From: an uncultured SAR86 cluster bacterium
GTDB taxonomy: Bacteria > Pseudomonadota > Gammaproteobacteria > Magnimaribacterales > D2472
DNA: 64,000 nucleotides
Assembly (NCBI GenBank): GCA_902509965.1
Contig: CABWZP010000003.1
Coordinates: 5,819 to 69,818 of the forward strand
Reading direction: 5' to 3'
Numbering within the stretch: the first letter of the stretch is position 1; each line of letters opens with the position of its first letter. Below are positions 21,969 to 31,948 of the stretch, piece by piece. Under the pieces are notes generated by a model. The model searched no databases, was not told where the DNA came from, and worked only from the letters and a program-made list of their open reading frames with translations. A program made the position numbers and the translations under genes.

Positions 21969-22994
21969 ATGAATTTTATTGACGAGGCCTTTCTCGAAGT
22001 TAGGGCCGGGAATGGTGGTGCAGGTTCAGTAAGTTTTAGGCGTGAGAAATTTATACCTTTTGGTGGGCCTGATGGAGGAGATGGAGGAAAAGGTGCTGAT
22101 ATAATTTTCAAAGTTAATCTCAATAAAAATACTCTTATAGACTTCAGAAATACTAGAGTCTTCTCTGCCAAAAATGGTAAGCAAGGATCTGGAAAAAATA
22201 TGTCTGGTGCTGCTGCTGATAATCTTATTCTTGATATTCCTCAGGGAACTGTAATTTATGATGATGCTTCAAATGAAATCATACTAGATTGTTGTGAAGT
22301 AGATCAGTTATATACAGTAGTTAAGGGTGGTGATGGGGGTTTAGGTAATGCTCGATTTAAATCAAGCAGGAACCAAGCTCCCAGAAAAGCAACTCCGGGT
22401 AACGAAGGAGAAGTGAGATTAATTAGATTAGAATTAAAGTCATTAGCCGATGTTGGCCTTGTAGGAATGCCTAATGCAGGTAAGTCAACGTTTCTAAATA
22501 CGGTATCCTCAGCAAAACCCAAGATAGGCAGTTATCCATTTACTACACTTCGACCTCATTTAGGAACTATTCAAACTTCTGATTCAAGTTATGTTATTGC
22601 AGATATACCTGGACTAATTGAAGGCGCGTCAGAGGGAGCAGGATTAGGCACAAAATTCCTTAAACATATATCAAGAACCGGACTACTCCTGTTATTTATT
22701 GACCTCTATCCCGATGAAAATAATTCAACAATAGATCAAATTAGTGCTTTAAGAGGAGAACTAAAGTCATATAAAGAAGATTTAACTCAGAAAGAAGCTT
22801 GGGTTGTATGCAACAAAATTGATTTATTACCCAAAGAAAAATTAAGTGCATTAAAGATGTCTATTCCTAAAGCAGTAAGTAAGCTTGAAATAAAAAATGT
22901 TTTCTTTATCTCTGCAGCTACAGGAGAGGGAACAAAAGAGCTTTTAAATGCTCTTACAGAGGAAGTTGCTAATATTAAATATGATTTAGCCTAA
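21969..22994 (+). CDS. obgE: GTPase ObgE/CgtA
   Basis: FRREKFIPFGGPDGGDGG, GMPNAGKST, DIPGLIEGA, NKID. Confidence 0.98.
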   Translation: MNFIDEAFLEVRAGNGGAGSVSFRREKFIPFGGPDGGDGGKGADIIFKVNLNKNTLIDFRNTRVFSAKNGKQGSGKNMSGAAADNLILDIPQGTVIYDDASNEIILDCCEVDQLYTVVKGGDGGLGNARFKSSRNQAPRKATPGNEGEVRLIRLELKSLADVGLVGMPNAGKSTFLNTVSSAKPKIGSYPFTTLRPHLGTIQTSDSSYVIADIPGLIEGASEGAGLGTKFLKHISRTGLLLLFIDLYPDENNSTIDQISALRGELKSYKEDLTQKEAWVVCNKIDLLPKEKLSALKMSIPKAVSKLEIKNVFFISAATGEGTKELLNALTEEVANIKYDLA

Positions 22995-23249
22995 TGCTTT
23001 AACAGCTTTATTCAATCTACTCTTATAACGAGCTGCAGCATTTTTATGAATAACTTTTTTTGAAGCAGTGGAGTCAAGGATTTTTTCAGCTTTTAAAAGG
23101 GCTTCCTTTGCTTTAACTGGATCATTAGCATCAATCGAAGCTCTCACAGCTTTGACAGCTGTTCTAGCCATAGATCTTTGCGCATGTTTAAGCTTATATG
23201 TTGCAACATTTTGCTTAGCTCTTTTAATAGTTTGTTTCGAATTTGCCAT
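22986..23249 (-). CDS. rpsT: 30S ribosomal protein S20
   Basis: MANSKQTIKRAKQ...IHKNAAARYKSRL. Confidence 0.98.
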   Translation of the reverse strand: MANSKQTIKRAKQNVATYKLKHAQRSMARTAVKAVRASIDANDPVKAKEALLKAEKILDSTASKKVIHKNAAARYKSRLNKAVKALG

Positions 23250-23260
23250 AAGTGGAGCGT

Positions 23261-23289
23261 AGTTTAATGATGTAGACCATATATGTCCA
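23261..23289 (-). promoter_or_regulatory. sigma70 promoter of rpsT
   Basis: TGGACA (23289-23284), 17 nt, TAAACT (23266-23261), 11 nt before ATG. Confidence 0.55.
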
Positions 23290-23317
23290 TATTTTTTTAA
23301 TTATAAATTCCAAGAAA

Positions 23318-23666
23318 TGGTGGAGGCGGCGGGAATTGAACCCGCGTCCGCTAATCCTTCAGCCTAACTTCTACATGCATAGCTCACCCAATTAGCTTTT
23401 TAACTTTTGTGACCCGAGGAGCAGGGTACTAAAGCGAGCTTGATTAAGTTTAACCAAACTGTGTCCAAGCAACACAACTTGGCTAGACTATGTAATTTGC
23501 CGATGCTTCAAACCATAGTCAATTTTTGCATCGGTTAGCATTAAGCTGCTAAAGCGTAGTTGTCGTTATTTGCAACTAAATTTTTTGTAGTATGTTTTAC
23601 AAGAATTACCACAATCTTGGCATGCGCTTCGGAGTCCAGTAGAAACGTCGAACCCTGTTCGCCCCC
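23318..23666 (-). ncRNA. ssrA: tmRNA; tag peptide ANNDNYALAA* (23573-23541)
   Basis: 5' GGGGGCGAACAGGGTTCGACG and 3' GCGGGTTCAATTCCCGCCGCCTCCACCA form an Ala-type acceptor stem with G3-U; tag ends YALAA; next to smpB; TATAAT at 23687-23682. Confidence 0.97.
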
Positions 23667-23692
23667 ATTACAGGGAGCAGAATTATACCTTA

Positions 23693-24163
23693 TTAAGACC
23701 TAAGCTTAGAATTTTTTAAAATTCTTCCCTGATCTCTTTCCCAATCCCTTTTTTTAATATCTTGCCTTTGATCTCTATGTTTCTTACCTTTTCCAATAGA
23801 AATATCACATTTAATATGATTTTCTTTCCAATATAATGATGTTAAAACACAGGTAAGACTTTTTTGCTCAATAGTTTCACTGAGTTTCTTAATCTCTTTT
23901 TTATGTAGAAGAAGTTTTCTTGATCTTGTAGGGTCAATAACCTCATGTTTAAGTGATGCTGGAGGATCTATTTTCATCCCAATTAACCAAGCCTCTCCTT
24001 TTTTTAGAGTCACATAGCAATCTTTTACATCTACTTTATTATTCCTAAGTGATTTAACTTCCCAGCCCTCTAATACAATTCCTGCTTGAAAAGAATCACT
24101 TAAAATGAAGTTTCTTGAAGCTGTTTTATTCTTTACAATAACTGGATCTTTTTGCTTTGACAT
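23693..24163 (-). CDS. smpB: SsrA-binding protein
   Basis: AGIVLEGWEVKSLR, DPTRSRKLLLHKKEI, GKGKK..D.R. Confidence 0.98.
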   Translation of the reverse strand: MSKQKDPVIVKNKTASRNFILSDSFQAGIVLEGWEVKSLRNNKVDVKDCYVTLKKGEAWLIGMKIDPPASLKHEVIDPTRSRKLLLHKKEIKKLSETIEQKSLTCVLTSLYWKENHIKCDISIGKGKKHRDQRQDIKKRDWERDQGRILKNSKLRS

Positions 24164-24220
24164 AACATTATTATGAATGCACTAAAAACAACTGCAACTC
24201 TTAATAGGAATTAATTAATT

Positions 24221-24667
24221 TTGAATATTATAGAATTAAAAAAAACACTTGGTTACATGGGGTTTATACCATTTTGTTTTTTTTCAATAATGCCTTGGAT
24301 AATTGGTGGCGAACTAGCAAATTATTCAATCTTAGCTCTTGCGCTATACAGCGCTATTATTCTTTCATTTCTTGGTGGTATACCATGGGGATGGAGCGAT
24401 AATAATTTTTCCCAAACAATAAACCTAATAGTGGGAATATCTTTTTCTTTATTAGGATGCCTTATCCTCGCTATAGCATTTATAAATCTGATGGTAGCTT
24501 TATTTTTATGCCTTATAGGTTTTAATGGGTTTTATTATTTTGAAAGCAAAAGAGATATACTTTTTGATCAAAAAATAGAGTACAAAGAGTTAAGAAAAAT
24601 GCTCACAGTTTTAGTATCAATCTGTTTTTTAGTAACTATTGCTTATATAGTTAACCCTTATAGTTAG
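24221..24667 (+). CDS. membrane protein, probably DUF3429 family
   Basis: LGYMGFIPF...YSAIILSFLGGIPWG; several TM helices; TTG start. Confidence 0.65.
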   Translation: MNIIELKKTLGYMGFIPFCFFSIMPWIIGGELANYSILALALYSAIILSFLGGIPWGWSDNNFSQTINLIVGISFSLLGCLILAIAFINLMVALFLCLIGFNGFYYFESKRDILFDQKIEYKELRKMLTVLVSICFLVTIAYIVNPYS

Positions 24668-24687
24668 ATTATTTTTAGGAAATAAAT

Positions 24688-26040
24688 ATGGATAAGCTCT
24701 CAAAACTTAAAAGTCATGGTTCATGGGTAGGAAGATGGACTTTTATTTTAGCAGCTACAGGTTCTGCAGTTGGACTAGGTAATATATGGGGCTTCCCTTA
24801 TAAAGCTGGAACAAATGGAGGAGGAGCTTTTGTAATAATTTATTTATTATGTATTTTAGCAATAGGCATTCCAATAATGATAAGTGAAATAATTATTGGA
24901 AGAAGATCTGGAAATAGTCCAATCAATGCTATGCGATTAGTTGCAAGAGATTCTAATACCACTTCAGCTTGGCAAATTGTTGGCTGGAGTGGAATAGCGG
25001 CAGGAATCTTAATATTATCCTTTTACAGTGTTATAGCTGGAATCTGTTTAAATTATATATTTATTGCTGCCACATCAACTGGTGTAATTAACTCAGCTGA
25101 ACAATTTGGAAATATTATTTCTTCTCCTCTAAACCTATTAGCCTGGCATACGTTATTCATGTTTCTAACGGCAACAATAGTCTCTGCTGGTATAAACAGA
25201 GGCATTGGAAGAATGGTAAAAATATTAATGCCAATGCTAGGAGTCTTGTTAATTTTTATGGTTATAAATGGAATTCTTAGCGGCGGCTTTGCCAGAGCAT
25301 TCTCATTTCTTTTTGCTCCTGATTTTTCGCAAGTAAATTCAAATACTTTTCTAAGTGCAATGGGGCAAGCATTTTTTAGTTTAAGTTTAGGTATGGGTTC
25401 AATCATGGCTTATGGCGCATATATGCCAAAAGAACAAAAAATAATACCAACTTCTTTCACAGTTGCTTCACTAGATACATTGGTTGCAATATTTGCAGGC
25501 TTAGCAATTTTTCCAATCATATTTGCATTTGGATTAGAGCCGAATAGTGGACCAGGACTTGTTTTTGAGTCACTTCAAACCGCTTTTAATCAAATGTCTT
25601 ATGGCCAAATTGTAGGACCGTTATTTTTTATACTTTTATCAGTTGCCGCATTAAGCTCATCTATATCATTACTTGAACCTGGAGTTGCATTTATTTCTGA
25701 AGAAGGATCTATGAGCAGAAAGTCAGCTGCAATATCAATTTCCCTTGTTACTTGGATATTGGGCATAGGAACAGTACTCAGTTTTAATTTATGGAGTGAT
25801 TTTAATCTAACCCCCGGAAGAAACTTTTTAGATTCTATGGATTTTATTGCTAATCAGATACTTCTTCCCTTAGGAGGAATGTTGATAGCAATCTTTGTTG
25901 GTTGGTTTATGGATAAAAATCTTATAAACGAAGAAATTGGTGACGTTAATCCGATCCTATATAGCACATGGAGATTTTTTGTTAAGTTTATTGCCCCAAT
26001 ATCAGTTGCAATAATTTTCTACAATGCAATTTTTGGTTAA
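24688..26040 (+). CDS. sodium-dependent transporter, neurotransmitter:sodium symporter (NSS) family
   Basis: GSAVGLGNIWGFPY, NGGGAF, GQAFFSLSLG, GPGLVF. Confidence 0.95.
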   Translation: MDKLSKLKSHGSWVGRWTFILAATGSAVGLGNIWGFPYKAGTNGGGAFVIIYLLCILAIGIPIMISEIIIGRRSGNSPINAMRLVARDSNTTSAWQIVGWSGIAAGILILSFYSVIAGICLNYIFIAATSTGVINSAEQFGNIISSPLNLLAWHTLFMFLTATIVSAGINRGIGRMVKILMPMLGVLLIFMVINGILSGGFARAFSFLFAPDFSQVNSNTFLSAMGQAFFSLSLGMGSIMAYGAYMPKEQKIIPTSFTVASLDTLVAIFAGLAIFPIIFAFGLEPNSGPGLVFESLQTAFNQMSYGQIVGPLFFILLSVAALSSSISLLEPGVAFISEEGSMSRKSAAISISLVTWILGIGTVLSFNLWSDFNLTPGRNFLDSMDFIANQILLPLGGMLIAIFVGWFMDKNLINEEIGDVNPILYSTWRFFVKFIAPISVAIIFYNAIFG

Positions 26041-26457
26041 ATGCCAAGCAAGTTTAATTATGAAGAATTTGTAGCCAAAGACTCTAAAGAAGTTTTTGAA
26101 TTAATTTCAAACTTTTCAGAGTATAAAAACTTTTTACCCGGATGCACGAATTCTGAAATTTTATCAAGCTCGGAAGAATATGAGATTGGAAAACTAGATT
26201 TTAATTTTTTCAATAAAGACTACACCATTGAATCTAAGAATATAAAGTCTTCGTCTGAACTAACTATAAAACAACTAAAGGGCCCTTTTAATTCTTTTGA
26301 TGCCTCATGGAAAGTTACAAAAAAAGATGCAGGATGTTTAGTAAATTTCTCTGCAGAGTTTAAAGCTCCATTTTTTATGCAACCTTTTATGCAAAAGAGT
26401 CTGATAGATATATTTGCTGGTAAATTTATTAATGCATTTATAGGCAGATTGCTATGA
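26041..26457 (+). CDS. ratA: RatA/PasT (START-domain, Coq10-like) protein
   Basis: YKNFLPGC, GPFNSFDASW; position between smpB and rnfH. Confidence 0.8.
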   Translation: MPSKFNYEEFVAKDSKEVFELISNFSEYKNFLPGCTNSEILSSSEEYEIGKLDFNFFNKDYTIESKNIKSSSELTIKQLKGPFNSFDASWKVTKKDAGCLVNFSAEFKAPFFMQPFMQKSLIDIFAGKFINAFIGRLL

Positions 26458-26732
26458 AGATATTTTTTACTTATCAAGGAGAGCAAAAGAAATTCTTTTT
26501 TTCATTAGAGGTTTCAGAAAGCTCAACAGTGAGTGAAATATTAGAAATTCCTAGAGTTAAAAGGATCATAGAATCTTTATCTCATGAAATAGTCATTGGA
26601 GTTAATGGTGAGATTTTAGACGGCAACTTTAAACCTATTCCTGAAAGGTTTAGATTATCTGAGGGGCAGAGAGTTGAGCTATATCGGCCCTTAAATCAAG
26701 ATCCAAAAGAAAGGAGAAGGCAAAAAGCTTAA
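26454..26732 (+). CDS. rnfH: RnfH/RatB ubiquitin-like protein
   Basis: L.EGQRVELYRPLNQDPKERRRQKA. Confidence 0.85.
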   Translation: MKIFFTYQGEQKKFFFSLEVSESSTVSEILEIPRVKRIIESLSHEIVIGVNGEILDGNFKPIPERFRLSEGQRVELYRPLNQDPKERRRQKA

Positions 26733-27058
26733 TTAATATCCTCTAGAATCCAGCTATCAAGAAGTTCATTTGAATCAAAATAGAGTGTAAGTTTTTTATC
26801 AGAAATAACTAAATCACCAACTGTAACTTTATTAACATAGTCCCACCTATTTTTATGGAATGGGCTTTGAATCATGGCAGTACCAAGAATGAACTTAACC
26901 TGATCTTTTGATAGGCCTTTAGCAAGATTATTAAGATCTTTTTCTTCATATAAATTGCCCTGAACAATAGGGACATTATAAAAACTAAATGTACTGCAGG
27001 CACCTAGAAAAGATAATGTAAGAATTACTGCGAAGATCTTTTTTTGATTTAGTTTCAT
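26729..27058 (-). CDS. bamE: outer membrane protein assembly lipoprotein BamE
   Basis: Lipobox LGAC, IVQGN, GLSKDQVKFILGT, RWDY; divergent from fur. Confidence 0.93.
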   Translation of the reverse strand: MKLNQKKIFAVILTLSFLGACSTFSFYNVPIVQGNLYEEKDLNNLAKGLSKDQVKFILGTAMIQSPFHKNRWDYVNKVTVGDLVISDKKLTLYFDSNELLDSWILEDIN

Positions 27059-27144
27059 TAATTAGCGATTTAAAAGTTATCTTTATATTTTGACAATATG
27101 GATTATACTTCGTTCTATAACAGATACGAAAATAAATTTAAAAA

Positions 27145-27561
27145 ATGTCAGAACAGAATTTTGAATTAAAAAAAACAGGTCTTAAGGCAACACTACCAAG
27201 AATACGTATTCTTGAAGTCCTTGATGCTACAAAAGGTGAGGAAGCTCACCTAAGTGCAGAAGATATATACAAAGAACTTTTAGCAGCTGGTGAAGATGTT
27301 GGCCTTGCAACTGTATATCGAGTCCTTACTCAATTTGAATCAGCTGGGATTGTTAAAAAGCATAATTTTGAAGAAGGTCATGCTGTTTATGAAGTAATTT
27401 CTGATGAACATCATGACCATATGGTTTCTATAGAAGATGGAACTATATATGAGTTTCATGACGAGATTATAGAAGAAAGACAAAAAGAGATTGCTGCAGC
27501 TAGAGGATTTGAGCTCGTCGAACATAGTATGGTGTTATACGTAAAGAAAATTAACTCATAA
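27145..27561 (+). CDS. fur: ferric uptake regulator
   Basis: GLKATLPRIRIL, HLSAEDIY, GLATVYRVLTQFE, HHDHMV. Confidence 0.97.
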   Translation: MSEQNFELKKTGLKATLPRIRILEVLDATKGEEAHLSAEDIYKELLAAGEDVGLATVYRVLTQFESAGIVKKHNFEEGHAVYEVISDEHHDHMVSIEDGTIYEFHDEIIEERQKEIAAARGFELVEHSMVLYVKKINS

Positions 27562-27575
27562 TTTCCTAAAACCCA

Positions 27576-27603
27576 CTTGAACTAAGCATATAAACCCCAA
27601 TAT
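27576..27603 (+). promoter_or_regulatory. sigma32 (RpoH) promoter of grpE-dnaK-dnaJ
   Basis: CTTGAA (27576-81), 13 nt, CCCCAATAT (27595-603); matches the gammaproteobacterial RpoH consensus. Confidence 0.8.
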
Positions 27604-27623
27604 ATTTTTTATTGGGAATAAAT

Positions 27624-28181
27624 ATGTCAAAAAAAATTAAAAAAGAAGATAAATCCTTAAGTGAGGATGAATTAATGAATTCTAATGAGTTAGAGGATGA
27701 AGTCTTGCCTAAAGAAGAAGAGCAAGAAAATTTATCAGATGAAGATGGAGCTCTTCTAAGAGTAGCTGAGCTTGAATCAGCTCTACTAAGGTCAGCAGCT
27801 GACTTAGATAATGCTATGAAAAGATCTATTTTAGAGGTTGATAGAGCCCATAAATATGGAGTTGAAAAGCTGCTCAATGAACTACTTCCTGTTCTAGATA
27901 ATTTAGAACAAGCATTATTAAACCTTTCTGAAAATTCATCTTTAGAAGATAAAGAAGGTATCGAGTTAACTTTAAAGTCTTTTGAGTCTGCACTTGATAA
28001 ATTTGGAATGAGACCCATCTATCCTGTTAACGAGGATTTTAATCCTGAAAAACATGAAGCAGTAACAATGACAAAAGACGAGAATAAAAGTGATAACGAG
28101 GTTGGCGAAGTTTTCCAGAGAGGATGGGAGCTTCATAATAGGGTTATAAGACCCGCAAGAGTTACAGTTATAAAAAATTAA
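27624..28181 (+). CDS. grpE: nucleotide exchange factor GrpE (start ATG 27624)
   Basis: LLRSAADLDN, ELLPVLDNLEQAL, FNPEKHEAV, RVIRPARV. Confidence 0.97.
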   Translation: MSKKIKKEDKSLSEDELMNSNELEDEVLPKEEEQENLSDEDGALLRVAELESALLRSAADLDNAMKRSILEVDRAHKYGVEKLLNELLPVLDNLEQALLNLSENSSLEDKEGIELTLKSFESALDKFGMRPIYPVNEDFNPEKHEAVTMTKDENKSDNEVGEVFQRGWELHNRVIRPARVTVIKN

Positions 28182-28193
28182 AGAGGGAATGAT

Positions 28194-30110
28194 ATGTCAA
28201 AAATAATAGGTATTGATTTAGGAACAACTAATAGTTGCGTTGCTGTCATTGAAGGCAAGCAACAAAAAGTTATTGAAAATTCTGAAGGTGGAAGAACAAC
28301 ACCTTCGGTTATAGCTTATACAGATAACGACGAGGTGCTTGTAGGTTTGCCAGCAAAGAGACAAGCTGTTACAAATCCTGAAAATACCCTGTATGCAATC
28401 AAGAGACTAATAGGTAGGACTTTCGAGGATAAAGTTGTAAAACAAGATGCTGACATGGTTCCTTATAAAATTATTAAAGCAGATAATGGTGATGCTTGGG
28501 TTGAAGCAAATAAGAAAAAATTAGCACCCCCACAGGTAGCTGCAGAAATTCTCAAAAAAATGAAAAAAACTGCAGAAGACTATCTTGGTCAGGAAGTAAA
28601 AGAGGCTGTCATTACTGTACCAGCATATTTTAATGATGCACAAAGACAAGCAACTAAGGATGCAGGAAAAATTGCTGGACTCGAAGTAAAAAGAATTATC
28701 AATGAACCAACTGCAGCAGCTTTAGCGTATGGACTAGATAAACATCAAGGCGATTCTACAATTGCTGTTTATGATCTTGGTGGAGGCACATTTGATATCT
28801 CAATAATTGAAATCTCTGATGTGGATGGAGAACACCAATTTGAAGTGCTTTCAACAAATGGTGATACTTTTCTGGGTGGGGAAGATTTTGATTTAAGATT
28901 AATAGACTATTTTGTTGATCAGTTTAAAGAAGAATCAGGCTTTGACTTAAAAAGTGATCCTTTAGCACTGCAAAGATTAAAAGAAGCTGCCGAGAAAGCT
29001 AAAATTGAGCTTTCATCATCAGAGCAAACAGAAGTTAATCTCCCCTACATTACAGCTGATAGCACTGGACCGAAACATTTTGTTCACAAAATAACTAGAG
29101 CTAAACTTGAATCTTTAGTTGAAGATTTAGTTGATAGAAGCCTAGAGCCTCTAAAACTAGCTTTATCTGATGCTAAACTTTCTAAATCTGAAATATCTGA
29201 AATACTTCTAGTCGGCGGGCAGACAAGAATGCCTTTAGTGCAGAAGAAAGTTAAAGAATTTTTTGGTAAAGAAGCAAGAAAAGACTTAAATCCAGATGAA
29301 GCTGTTGCTGTTGGTGCTGCCATTCAAGGTTCTGTCTTATCAGGAGATACCAAAGATATCTTGTTATTAGATGTGACCCCATTAACTTTAGGTATAGAAA
29401 CGTTAGGTGGCGTATCTACTCCATTGATCGAAAAAAATACCACAATTCCTACACAAAAGTCGCAAGTTTTTTCAACAGCTGAAGATAATCAAACTGCTGT
29501 GACAGTTCATGTTATTCAAGGCGAAAGAACTCAAGCTGCTCAAAATAAATCATTGGGACAGTTTAATTTAGCTGATATTCCTCCAGCTGCAAGAGGAATG
29601 CCGCAAATTGAAGTCTCTTTTGATCTTGATGCTAATGGGATACTTAATGTTTCAGCGAAAGATAAAAATTCTGGTAAAGAGCAGTCTATTATTATTAAGG
29701 CCTCAAGCGGTTTGAGCGATGAAGATATTGAGAAGATGGTAAAGGATGCTGAGGCTAATGCTGAAGATGATAAGAAATTTGAAGAATTGGTTAAAACCAA
29801 AAACAATGCTGACATGCTAGTTCATGCAACTAGAAAGACAGTTCAAGAATCTGATGAAAAGCTATCTGATGATGAAAAAGAACAAATTGAAAAGGTTGTT
29901 ATTGTTTTAGAAGAAGCAATTGCTTCTGAAGATATAGAAAGCATCGAAAGCGCAACTAAATCTTTAAATGATGTCTTAACACCTCTTACCGATAAATTGT
30001 ATTCTCAAGAACAAGCTCAACCTCAAGACGAGCAAGATACCGATGTGAATGATGACGCTGAAAATACTGTAGATGCTGAATACGAAGAAGTTAAAGAAGA
30101 CGATAAGTAA
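28194..30110 (+). CDS. dnaK: chaperone DnaK
   Basis: [27 protein letters not shown]. Confidence 0.99.
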   Translation: MSKIIGIDLGTTNSCVAVIEGKQQKVIENSEGGRTTPSVIAYTDNDEVLVGLPAKRQAVTNPENTLYAIKRLIGRTFEDKVVKQDADMVPYKIIKADNGDAWVEANKKKLAPPQVAAEILKKMKKTAEDYLGQEVKEAVITVPAYFNDAQRQATKDAGKIAGLEVKRIINEPTAAALAYGLDKHQGDSTIAVYDLGGGTFDISIIEISDVDGEHQFEVLSTNGDTFLGGEDFDLRLIDYFVDQFKEESGFDLKSDPLALQRLKEAAEKAKIELSSSEQTEVNLPYITADSTGPKHFVHKITRAKLESLVEDLVDRSLEPLKLALSDAKLSKSEISEILLVGGQTRMPLVQKKVKEFFGKEARKDLNPDEAVAVGAAIQGSVLSGDTKDILLLDVTPLTLGIETLGGVSTPLIEKNTTIPTQKSQVFSTAEDNQTAVTVHVIQGERTQAAQNKSLGQFNLADIPPAARGMPQIEVSFDLDANGILNVSAKDKNSGKEQSIIIKASSGLSDEDIEKMVKDAEANAEDDKKFEELVKTKNNADMLVHATRKTVQESDEKLSDDEKEQIEKVVIVLEEAIASEDIESIESATKSLNDVLTPLTDKLYSQEQAQPQDEQDTDVNDDAENTVDAEYEEVKEDDK

Positions 30111-30124
30111 TTGAGTCATAAATA

Positions 30125-31234
30125 ATGTCAAAGAGAGATTATTATGAAACTCTTGAGGTCTCTCGATCAGCTTCTAGTGCAGAGTTAAAAAAAGCTTTTA
30201 AAAAGAAAGCCATGAAATATCATCCAGATAGAAATCCGGATGATCCTGAGGCAGATAAGAAGTTTAAAGAATGTGCAGAAGCCTACGACGTATTATCTGA
30301 TCAGCAAAAAAAAAGTGCTTATGATCAGTATGGCCATGCAGGTGTAGATGGAATGGGCGGCGGTCCAAATTTTAATGATGTAAATGTTGGTGATATTTTT
30401 GGAGATATTTTTGGAGATGTTTTTGGTACAAGATCTTCTTCTAGAGGAAGATCAAGAAGAGGGCAAGATCTTCAATATAATCTTGACCTGTCTTTAAAAG
30501 AAGCCGTTTTAGGAACTCAAACTAAAATAAAGATACCCTCTCATACTCCATGTAATGTTTGTAATTCCTCAGGTGCAGCTCCTGGTTCTAACCCATCAGT
30601 TTGTGGAAGATGTAATGGAGCAGGACAGGTAAGAGTTCAACAAGGCTTCTTCTCATTGCAACAAACGTGCTCTTCATGCGAAGGTACTGGCCAAGTCATT
30701 AAAGATAAGTGCAAGCCATGCAATGGCATTGGAGCTACCAAAGAAGAAAAGACTTTATCTGTGAATATTCCATCTGGTGTTGATAATGGTGATAAAGTAA
30801 GGCTTACAGGTGAGGGTGAATGGGAAAAAAATGGTCAATCTGGTGACCTTTATGTTGCAATAAGAGTTATGTCAAATCCTATTTTTGAAAGAGAAGGTAG
30901 AGACTTGTATATAGAAGCACCCTTAGATCTTATGACTTCAATAACTGGAGGCTCTATAAAAATACCAACTATTGAAAACTTCATTTCACTCAAAATACCT
31001 GCACAAACGCAAACTGGTAAAATATTTAGAATTAAAGGAAAAGGAGCATCTTCGGTTAGGGACAACAGAAGAGGTGACCTTTTATGTAGAGTAATTGTTG
31101 AAACTCCATCTAATTTAGATAAATCTCAACTAAAAGCTTTAAAAGGTTTCACTGAATCTCTAAGAGCTTCAAAAAATTATCCTATTCAGGAATCATTTAT
31201 TAAATCTTCAGGCGATATTCACAAGAATGATTAA
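30125..31234 (+). CDS. dnaJ: chaperone DnaJ
   Basis: J domain with HPD, G/F region, four CxxCxGxG-type repeats. Confidence 0.99.
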   Translation: MSKRDYYETLEVSRSASSAELKKAFKKKAMKYHPDRNPDDPEADKKFKECAEAYDVLSDQQKKSAYDQYGHAGVDGMGGGPNFNDVNVGDIFGDIFGDVFGTRSSSRGRSRRGQDLQYNLDLSLKEAVLGTQTKIKIPSHTPCNVCNSSGAAPGSNPSVCGRCNGAGQVRVQQGFFSLQQTCSSCEGTGQVIKDKCKPCNGIGATKEEKTLSVNIPSGVDNGDKVRLTGEGEWEKNGQSGDLYVAIRVMSNPIFEREGRDLYIEAPLDLMTSITGGSIKIPTIENFISLKIPAQTQTGKIFRIKGKGASSVRDNRRGDLLCRVIVETPSNLDKSQLKALKGFTESLRASKNYPIQESFIKSSGDIHKND

Positions 31235-31240
31235 TTTGAT

Positions 31241-31900
31241 ATGACCGGTATCTACATAAATGGTGTTTCAGGAAAAATGGGCACTAATTTATTAAAGCTT
31301 TGTGCTAACGATAAAAATATAAAGATTTGTGATGATCTTAATGATGATTCATTAGAGGTAATAATTGATTTTTCACACCCAGACTCCACTTTAAAACTTT
31401 TAAAATCTTTACCTACACAAAAAATATCACTAATTATAGGAACTACTGGCTTAAAAGAAGAACATTTTCAATATATTGAAGAAATCTCTAAAGATAAAAG
31501 AGTTCTTATAGCTCCAAATCTAAGCAAGGGCATTTCTGTATTTAAAAATACTATTGTGGAATTTATAAAGGCAAATGATAAAGAATTGCACTGCCTCATA
31601 AAAGAAACTCATCATGATCAAAAAATTGATTCTCCCTCTGGAACAGCTATTGAATTAAAAAAAATTATTGAATCAAATAATACAAAAAATCTTATTGCTG
31701 ATATTGAAATAATTTCAAAAAGAACTGGTAAAATTTTTGGAATTCATGAAATTATTTTTTATAAAGATACTAAAAAAATACAATTTAAGCATGAATCTAA
31801 GTCAAGAAACATATATTCAGATGGAGCCTTACAGGCAGCACATTGGATTAAAGATAAGGAAGAAGGCTTATACTCATTTGAAGATTTTCTGAAATCTTAA
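31241..31900 (+). CDS. dapB: 4-hydroxy-tetrahydrodipicolinate reductase (short form)
   Basis: GVSGKMG, IDFSHP, IGTTG, ETHHDQKIDSPSGTA; follows dnaJ. Confidence 0.88.
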   Translation: MTGIYINGVSGKMGTNLLKLCANDKNIKICDDLNDDSLEVIIDFSHPDSTLKLLKSLPTQKISLIIGTTGLKEEHFQYIEEISKDKRVLIAPNLSKGISVFKNTIVEFIKANDKELHCLIKETHHDQKIDSPSGTAIELKKIIESNNTKNLIADIEIISKRTGKIFGIHEIIFYKDTKKIQFKHESKSRNIYSDGALQAAHWIKDKEEGLYSFEDFLKS

Positions 31901-31948
31901 AATAACCTTTAATATTGAAGATTTTTTCTATAAAATAGCCAAACTTTT

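Noticed and set aside
23250-23340. Prophage or island integrated at the tmRNA 3' end
   Set aside because: No integrase and no duplicated 3' end seen; rpsT follows within 70 nt.
23318-23352. Stand-alone tRNA gene (T-arm plus CCA)
   Set aside because: It is the tRNA-like 3' domain of tmRNA; its pairing 5' strand is about 350 nt away and a tag ORF lies between.
26041-26732. ratA-rnfH as a toxin-antitoxin or defence system
   Set aside because: It is a conserved core pair in the smpB-bamE neighbourhood; RatA/PasT is a Coq10-like protein tied to ubiquinone function.
27090-27121. TTGACA-based promoter or Fur box upstream of fur
   Set aside because: TTGACA is 8 or 20 nt from candidate -10 boxes (wrong spacing), and no convincing GATAATGATAATCATTATC match is present.
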